Shown here: piece by piece, positions 57,752 to 64,000 of the stretch
Layout: each line of letters starts with the position of its first letter
Numbering within the stretch: position 1 is the first letter of the stretch
Source: Deltaproteobacteria bacterium
Lineage (GTDB): Bacteria; Desulfobacterota; Desulfobaccia; Desulfobaccales; 0-14-0-80-60-11
Direction of reading: 5' to 3'
DNA length: 64,000 nt
Assembly (NCBI GenBank): GCA_021813445.1
Contig: JAKAKP010000147.1
Span: 1,285 to 65,284 of the forward strand
Made by a program: the position numbers and the translations under genes
The notes under the pieces: generated by a model
The model's input: only the letters and a program-made list of their open reading frames with translations
Told to the model about the DNA's origin: nothing
The model's database searches: none

Positions 57752-59019
57752 GGCCGCTTCCTCCTGAGGGGCATCTCAATATCCGGCGACAAAATACCCC
57801 GCACTTTGCCGGCCAGCACAAACTGTGTTTCCAGGGGCAGGTGGCTGCCCTTGAGCATCAGGTTGTAATAGACCCACCGGAACATCATCTTGCCGACGTA
57901 ATTGGCGAAGCTTTCTTTGAGCAGGTCCATGGGGCCGAGGCCCGGAAAGGGGAATTTACCCGGCAGGGGCTCAATTTTGTAATTGAAGTCGAGAAGGGAC
58001 CCCTTCTCGTAACCGGTGACCACCAGTCAGGTGGCGTGGCCATCGTAATCGGGTAAGGGCGGCTGGCCATCGATTTCCCGCTGCAGATTTTTAATGATGG
58101 TGTCAGCCTCGTAGTGGGCCACGGCCCCGGCCTTGGAAGTGGGCACGTTGGCTGCGTCGCCGATGACATAAATATGATCGAAGTTTTTGGCCTTCAAGGT
58201 GTGGTGGTCGGTGTCCATATATCCCATGGGGTCGCCCATACCGCTGTCGATGATGCACTGGGCCCCGAAATTCGGCGGGATTGCCACCAGGAGGTCGTAG
58301 GGCACCTCCTCGCCCCCGTAAGATTTGATGATCTTCTTCTCCCCCTCCACCTGGGCGATCTGGTAGTTGGTGGTCACCTTGATGTTCTTCTGCTCGCAGA
58401 TATGCCCCAAAATGCCGGCGGCCACGGGTTTGGTGAAGGCCGCGCCCAGGGGGGTCACCAGTTCGATCTCAATGTTTTTCCGCACGCCGTTGACGCTGAA
58501 ATACCAGTCGGCCATGAACGCGAATTCCAGGGGGGCCACCGGGCATTTGAAGGGCAATTCGGCGATATTGATCACCACCCTGCCCTTATCGAAATATTTC
58601 AGTTTGTCGCAGAGGGCCACTGCGCCCTCCTGGGAATAGAAATTGTGGATGTTCCCCCCCATCCCCTCAGCCATACCCTCCACTTCAGCGGGCATAATGC
58701 GGCAGCCGGTGGCGATCACCAGCCAATCATAGGGATAGGTGTCCCGCTTGGTCTGCACCTCCTTCTTAGTCGGGTCGATGGCGGTGATGTCATCGAGGAC
58801 AAAATTTACTCCCGGCGGGATATACTTGACCTTGGGTTTGACGCAGTCTGCCGCGGTGTAAATGCCGAAGGGGATGAAGAGCCAGCCGGGTTGGTAGTGG
58901 TGCTGCCAGTCCCGGTCGATGATGGTGATGTCCCATTGGGTCTCGGGTAATATTTTGCGCATTTTGCCGGCAATAATGGTGCCGCCGGTGCCGCTGCCCA
59001 GAATTACCAATTTTTTCAT
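57748..59019 (-). CDS. sqr: Type III sulfide:quinone reductase with probable selenocysteine at codon 331
   Basis: GSGTGG, YQPG, FKCPVAP, PTSKAG; YDGHAT-TGA(58027-58029)-LVVTGYEKG joins two track ORFs in frame; hairpin at 57990-58009. Confidence 0.9.
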
Positions 59020-59048
59020 GACCCTGGCCTTCCTTCTGTCCTGAGAGT

Positions 59049-60119
59049 TCAAAGTTCAAGGTTTGAAGTGCAAAGTTCACCAATAAAACATTGGGGGTCC
59101 GGGGCCAGAAAATCCGGGTGGCCCCGGGCCTGGGAATAGGCATAGGCAATGGCCCGGCAGCCCCGGCACTGGGCCCAGCGGCCGCACGAGCCGCAACCTT
59201 CCGCATACCGGCTCCGGTCTCTCAGGGCTTCGAGCACCGGCGAGGCAGCCCAGAGTTCCCGCAGGGAATCCCGGCGCACGTTGCCAATGGGCAGGGGCAG
59301 CCTGCGGCAAGGGGTGACCGTGCCGTCGGGGAGCAGAGTGAGCCCGGAGACCCCGGCAGCGCAGCCGCCCAGGGCAATGGTGCCGGCATCCTGCCCGGGT
59401 GCAGGAAAATTCATTTGGGAGGCCATGGGATCGCCGGTGGTGATTTCCAAACCGGAAATCCGGAGCCCGGCAATCTTCCCGTAGAGTTCCTGAACCTGCG
59501 CCGTGCTCAGCATCTGGTCCAAGAGGGCCAGGCCCCGGCCGGAAGGCACCAGCCGGGAAAAGCCCAGGCGGGGCACCCCCAGGGAGGCCGCCAGGTCCGC
59601 CAGGTCGAAGAAGTCCCCGGCATTCATCTGGGATAAAGTGGTGTTGAGGGAGACCTGGACCCCGGCAGCCAGCAGGTCCCTCACTCCGGCCACCGCGGCG
59701 GCAAAGCTGCCCGGCCCCCGGATGCGGTCATGAGTCCTTTCCAGCCCCTCCAGGGAAACCTGGACGCCGTCCACCCCCAGATCCGTCAACTTCCGGGCGA
59801 TGTCCCGGGTGATCAAGGTGCCGTTGGAGAGGATGTAGACTTCGAAGCCCGTGGCCAACATTCGCTCCAGGATGGCAAAGAAATCTTCTCTTAAGAAAGG
59901 TTCGCCGCCGGTGACATTAAAACTGGGAAGAAATTGAATACCATAAGTATCTTGCCATTCTTGCACCATTTGTGCCGCGGTTTCTATGGTCGCCGCAATT
60001 TCCAAAAAAGACATCTCATCTATTTTCTTATTATCCTGATAACAGTGCTTGCACCGCAAATTACACCGTTCGGTGAGGTGCCATTGAATTAAAAAGTCGA
60101 AAGACTGCGCCACCGACAT
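59049..60119 (-). CDS. Radical SAM/SPASM domain protein
   Basis: CNLRCKHC, TGGEP; SPASM C..G..TPC...CGSC....CRGC...DPQC. Confidence 0.93.
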   Translation of the reverse strand: MSVAQSFDFLIQWHLTERCNLRCKHCYQDNKKIDEMSFLEIAATIETAAQMVQEWQDTYGIQFLPSFNVTGGEPFLREDFFAILERMLATGFEVYILSNGTLITRDIARKLTDLGVDGVQVSLEGLERTHDRIRGPGSFAAAVAGVRDLLAAGVQVSLNTTLSQMNAGDFFDLADLAASLGVPRLGFSRLVPSGRGLALLDQMLSTAQVQELYGKIAGLRISGLEITTGDPMASQMNFPAPGQDAGTIALGGCAAGVSGLTLLPDGTVTPCRRLPLPIGNVRRDSLRELWAASPVLEALRDRSRYAEGCGSCGRWAQCRGCRAIAYAYSQARGHPDFLAPDPQCFIGELCTSNLEL

Positions 60120-60168
60120 GAATATTCACCACTAATAAGCTTGAAGTAAAAAAACTAATATAATAAGA

Positions 60169-60216
60169 GCAGATATGGCGAACGGTAATTTACTACCCCG
60201 TGTTTGCCATATCTGC
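60169..60216 (-). terminator. Stem-loop between peptide and rSAM genes
   Basis: GCAGATATGGC...GCCATATCTGC followed by an AT/U-rich tract on the minus strand. Confidence 0.6.
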
Positions 60217-60223
60217 CCGCCTT

Positions 60224-60244
60224 TAGTTGCTGAACCAGCAACTA
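60224..60244 (-). promoter_or_regulatory. SECIS-like hairpin
   Basis: TAGTTGCT-ggttc-AGCAACTA; loop about 20 and 29 nt after the two UGA codons. Confidence 0.65.
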
Positions 60245-60364
60245 TTACTTCGATTTTCATTCCTTTCATTTGTGACATACCTTACCAGGATTTTGCACCA
60301 ACATCTTCTTGATGTTTTCCCAGAAGGCAGCCTCTTTAGCCAACGCTTCTTTATTTAGCTTCAT
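60245..60364 (-). CDS. Putative di-selenocysteine peptide MKLNKEALAKEAAFWENIKKMLVQNPGKVCHKUKEUKSK
   Basis: AAGGAGGTG RBS; TGA at 60266-60268 and 60257-60259 in CxxUxxU spacing; TAA-TAG double stop. Confidence 0.78.
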
Positions 60365-60401
60365 CCTGTCTTCACCTCCTTTCTGTCAGATTTATGCTGG
60401 A

Positions 60402-60430
60402 AAATTAAGCACCAGCCCCGGGCGTGTCAA
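60402..60430 (-). promoter_or_regulatory. Sigma70-type promoter of the peptide/rSAM/sqr unit
   Basis: TTGACA-17 bp-TAATTT. Confidence 0.6.
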
Positions 60431-60481
60431 GCGGCCGCACTGGCGGCAAGACCGAAGGCATATGGAGGAAAACTGAGGGTG

Positions 60482-60691
60482 TTAAGGTTCTTGCAGACAG
60501 GGGGCGGGGGTGTCAGTCAGCCGGTCGGGCCAGCTGTAGGTGCAGAAATAGGAGGAAGCGTCGCAAAAACAGACAAAGGCTTCATCCAGGGCCAGATAAA
60601 TGCAGGAATCGCAACAGGAGGGGAGCTCATCTCTGGAGGAGCCGGGCAGGCTGAATTGCCCGGTGCGGAACCCGGTCAGATCAAAGGTCAT
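60482..60691 (-). CDS. Small Cys-rich protein
   Basis: MTFDL...CCDSC...CFC...C...C; start overlaps the end of the TPR gene. Confidence 0.5.
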   Translation of the reverse strand: MTFDLTGFRTGQFSLPGSSRDELPSCCDSCIYLALDEAFVCFCDASSYFCTYSWPDRLTDTPAPCLQEP

Positions 60692-61601
60692 GGTCTTCTT
60701 CTGCCAGCCACAGGCGGACGGACTCGGCCCTTTTACTGTCTGGGTCCAGGAGCAGGTATTGACGCCAGTGTTTCCCGGCTTCCTCCAGATCCCCCCGCTT
60801 TTCCAGAACCCGGGCCAGATTAAACAAGGCATCCACGAACTCCGGGTCTTCATGGAGGGCTTTGCGGTAAAACAAGAGGGCATTGTCCAGCTCGCCCCGT
60901 TCCTCGAAGATCTGGGCCAGATTGTAATTGGCCTCCGGATGATCCGGATTGAGGTACAGGGCCTTGCGGTAGGCCCATTCGGCGGCCGGGCCCAGGGTCA
61001 GGCGGTGCAAAAGATTCCCCAGATTGACCAGGGCATTGGGGTATTCGGGTTTAAGGTGCAACGCGGCTTCGTACTTCTCCCGGGCCTGTTCCCACTCCCC
61101 CAGTTCCTCCCCCGCCAACCCCTCGAAAAAAAGCTCCTCCGCCGGGTCCACCGGCGGCGCCGGAACAGAGCCGTCAGCGGCCTCAAACTTGATGAGCATC
61201 TGCCCTTCCGGGGTGAAGGCCTGGTTGTCTTTGCCGAAGACGATCTGGTCCCCCCGGATGGTCACCCGCACTTCGGACAGGGGCTGTTCCAGGTCCGGCA
61301 GCAGCGACCGCACCCGGGCCAGGCATTTTCTGATTTTTCTTAAAGAAGCGCCCTGGTCCAGCAGGGCCTTGACCGTGCGGAAGGCCACCAGGCCCTGAAA
61401 ATCAAAGAGCAGCTTCCCCTTTTCCCGTTCCACGTGGGGGATGAGGCCGACACTGTCCCAATAGCGCACCTGGCTCTCGGAGATGCCCGCCAGTCTGGAT
61501 ACCTGCTTCTGGTCGAAGAGCTGTTTCATGGCATTATGGGGCTGCTCCATCCTCCCGGGCCGGAGTGGCTCCATTATGGCCTTTGGGTCCACGGCCGTCA
61601 A
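60681..61601 (-). CDS. MerR-HTH plus TPR protein
   Basis: VSRLAGISESQVRYWDSVGLI followed by several TPRs; start may be 61529. Confidence 0.88.
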   Translation of the reverse strand: MTAVDPKAIMEPLRPGRMEQPHNAMKQLFDQKQVSRLAGISESQVRYWDSVGLIPHVEREKGKLLFDFQGLVAFRTVKALLDQGASLRKIRKCLARVRSLLPDLEQPLSEVRVTIRGDQIVFGKDNQAFTPEGQMLIKFEAADGSVPAPPVDPAEELFFEGLAGEELGEWEQAREKYEAALHLKPEYPNALVNLGNLLHRLTLGPAAEWAYRKALYLNPDHPEANYNLAQIFEERGELDNALLFYRKALHEDPEFVDALFNLARVLEKRGDLEEAGKHWRQYLLLDPDSKRAESVRLWLAEEDHDL

Positions 61602-61712
61602 GCCGTTCCCGGCCCGGCCGCGTCAAAGGAGCAAGCGGGCGAGGCTATCTTGAGTCTGCAGCCAGCCCGTCTTTCTTTTAAGCCCACTTGAGCAAGGCCA
61701 GAAATCCCAAAA

Positions 61713-63437
61713 TCACTTCAGCATCCTTAACATCTCCGCTACCGGCCAGGCGTTGATGATATCCTCTTTTTCGGCCCAGCCGCGGCGGGCCTGGGCGACG
61801 CCGAACTTCATGAACCGCAGCTGCTCCACCTGGTGGGCGTCCGTGTTGATCACCATCTTGAGGCCCAGGCGTTTGCAGGTGCGGATATTCAGGTCATTCA
61901 GGTCCAATCTCTCCGGATAGGCGTTGATTTCCAGGACGGTGCAGGTGGCCCGGGCCGTTTCCAAAATCTGCTCCAGGTAGATGTCGTATTCTTCGCGCTT
62001 CATCAATAACCTGCCCGTGGGATGGGAAATGATGTCTACGTGAGGATTCTCCATGGCAGTAATCAGCCTCCGGGTCATTTCCCCCCGGTCCATTTTGAAC
62101 TGGGAATGCACCCCGGCAATGACGAAATCCATCTCGGCGAGCACCTCATCAATGATATCCATGGAGCCGTCGGCCATGATATTGGCTTCGCAGCCTTTGA
62201 GCACGGTGAAGTTGAGGCCCGCTTTCTGGAATTCCAGGTTGATCTGGTCAATCTCCTGGTTCCGCTGGCGCAGCCGCTCTTCGTCCAGCCCCCGTTCAAT
62301 CTTCAAAAATTTCGTATGGTCGGAGATCCCCACGTATTCGTAGCCCCGCTGCCGGGCCGCGGCCGCAATCTCCCGGATGGATTGCTTGCCGCCGTTCCAA
62401 TCGCTGTGGACGTGCAAGTCCCCTTTGAGGTCCCCATAACCGATCAGCTCGGGGAGCTTGCCGGCCAGGGCCGCGTCAATCTCCCCCCGGTCCTCCCGCA
62501 GCTCCGGGGGGATCCAGGCCAGACCCAGCTTGGCGTAGACCTCTTCTTCCGTGGCCGCGGCCACCGGCGTGTCCCCCTGGAAAAGACCGTATTCGCTGAG
62601 TTTATAGCCCTGGTCGATGGCGATTTTGCGCAGCGCGATATTGTGCTCCTTGGAGCCGGTGAAATATTGCAGGGCCGCGCCATAGCTGGCCGGGGGGATG
62701 ACCCGCAGGTCCATGTCAAAGCCCTCTTTCAGGCGCACCGAGGATTTGGTATTCCCATGGCCCCAGACCTTGACCACTCCGGGGAGGGAGACGAAAAAGT
62801 CCATGACTTTCTCGGGATGGTTGGAGACGACCAGAAAATCCACGTCGCCGATGGTCTCCTTCAGGCGCCGCAAGGAACCGGCGGTGTCGATTTTGGCCAC
62901 CTCCGGCAAACTGCGCAGCTTTTCCAGGACCTCCTGGGCAATGGGCAGGATGTCCCCCAGGAGAAACCTGCCTTTGCCGGTTTTCAAAAAGCCGATGCCC
63001 TGGAGGATATTGTCCTCGGTCTTCTGGCCGAAGCCGAAGAGGGGGGCGATTTTGTGGGCCCGGGCGGCCTCCTCCAGTTCGTCCAGGGTCTTGATGCCCA
63101 ACTGCTCATAAAGGACCTTGGCCTTCTTGGGCCCCACGCCCTCCACGCCCACGATCTCCTCCAGGTTGATGGGCATCTTGGCTTTAAAATCTTCATAATA
63201 CTGCATCTTGCCGGTGGTGAGGTACTCTTCGATTTTCTGGGCCATGGACTCCCCGATGCCGGGGATTTTTTTCAGGGCTTTTAGGCCGCCCTGGCGGTAA
63301 AGGACTTCCAGGTCCTCCGGCAGGGCCTCGAGACTCATGGCCGCCTTTTGATAGGCATAGGGCTTGAACGCGACCCCCTCCATCTCCAGGTACTCGCTGA
63401 TTTCGGTGAAGAGTTTGGCGACTTCTTTGTTTTTCAT
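61713..63437 (-). CDS. polX: DNA polymerase X with PHP domain
   Basis: AGSLRR, GDVD, YFTGSKEHN, GDLHVHS, NTDAH. Confidence 0.96.
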   Translation of the reverse strand: MKNKEVAKLFTEISEYLEMEGVAFKPYAYQKAAMSLEALPEDLEVLYRQGGLKALKKIPGIGESMAQKIEEYLTTGKMQYYEDFKAKMPINLEEIVGVEGVGPKKAKVLYEQLGIKTLDELEEAARAHKIAPLFGFGQKTEDNILQGIGFLKTGKGRFLLGDILPIAQEVLEKLRSLPEVAKIDTAGSLRRLKETIGDVDFLVVSNHPEKVMDFFVSLPGVVKVWGHGNTKSSVRLKEGFDMDLRVIPPASYGAALQYFTGSKEHNIALRKIAIDQGYKLSEYGLFQGDTPVAAATEEEVYAKLGLAWIPPELREDRGEIDAALAGKLPELIGYGDLKGDLHVHSDWNGGKQSIREIAAAARQRGYEYVGISDHTKFLKIERGLDEERLRQRNQEIDQINLEFQKAGLNFTVLKGCEANIMADGSMDIIDEVLAEMDFVIAGVHSQFKMDRGEMTRRLITAMENPHVDIISHPTGRLLMKREEYDIYLEQILETARATCTVLEINAYPERLDLNDLNIRTCKRLGLKMVINTDAHQVEQLRFMKFGVAQARRGWAEKEDIINAWPVAEMLRMLK

Positions 63438-63606
63438 AAGAGGCCCTTTAAGTGAGCAGTGAGCAGTAAGCGGTGAGCAGTATTATTCTGGTTCCCAGCT
63501 CAGCTTGGGCCCAAATGGCGTTCCCCGGTGCAACTTGGGTACGAGAATAATTTCCTGGGTTTTTCTTTTACTGCTCACTGCTCCCTGCTCGCTGCTTACT
63601 TAATTA

Positions 63607-64000
63607 TCAAGGACGGAGGATGATTTTTCCATAGGCGCCTGGTTCCAAAACTTGCTGATGGGCCCGGGGCGCATCCGCCAGGGGGAGTTCCCGGCCGATG
63701 ACCGGCCGCAGGGTGCCGTTCTCCAGGCCCGCGGCCAGGGCCGCGTGAACGCCGGCATACTCCTGGGGTGTGGCATTAAAAAGAGAAGTTCCCAAAATCG
63801 CGGCATCCCGGCTCATGGTATCCCGGGGATCGATCTCCACTGTGCCCCGGGAGCCGATGACCACCACCCGGCCCTTGGGAGCCAGCACTTTCAAGTCCTT
63901 CCCCAGGTTGACGTTGGCCAGCATTTCCAGGATGATCTCTACTCCCCGGCCCTGGGTCGTCAGCTTGAGGACTTCCTCCAGGTAAGCCGGGGCGTGGTGG
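63607..64000 (-). CDS. NADPH:quinone reductase (zeta-crystallin family), 3' part only
   Basis: GVDIILEMLANVNLGKDL...GAYGKIIL (translated VEIILEMLANVNLGKDL here). Confidence 0.85.
   Translation of the reverse strand, partial: HHAPAYLEEVLKLTTQGRGVEIILEMLANVNLGKDLKVLAPKGRVVVIGSRGTVEIDPRDTMSRDAAILGTSLFNATPQEYAGVHAALAAGLENGTLRPVIGRELPLADAPRAHQQVLEPGAYGKIILRP

Noticed and set aside
60245-60364. Assignment to the known selenobiotic (SbtA/SbtM) family
   Set aside because: As I recall that family, its peptide has a hydrophobic leader and its maturase is longer; neither is seen here. This is not HMM-tested, so it remains provisional.

Overview
GC-rich bacterial chromosome segment; gene content suggests Desulfobacterota, possibly Desulfobacca-like (inference). 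1-36.3 kb is a heavy-metal/efflux region: three RND systems, an ABC exporter, a CusRS-like two-component system, a Met-rich periplasmic protein, a HelD-like helicase, an N-ATPase operon whose atpE has an in-frame TAA, and many gene fragments. 38.7-47.8 kb is an aromatic amino acid operon using the archaeal-type 3-dehydroquinate route, preceded by an unannotated Phe/Tyr/Trp-rich leader peptide with attenuator structures. 47.9-51.6 kb is a 3.6 kb mini-element integrated in tRNA-fMet, with an integrase, an initiator-like gene containing palindromic iterons, an inverted pair of dif-like sites and a long bulged hairpin. The best candidate for a new system is at 57.1-60.4 kb: a 39-codon peptide missed by the ORF track that ends in C-x-x-UGA-x-x-UGA with a SECIS-like hairpin, followed by a radical SAM/SPASM enzyme, a UGA-containing type III sulfide:quinone reductase and DUF1641. 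A third in-frame UGA (UxxC TlpA-like fragment) lies at 16.6 kb. All calls were made by eye from the sequence and the ORF track; no database search or folding program was run.
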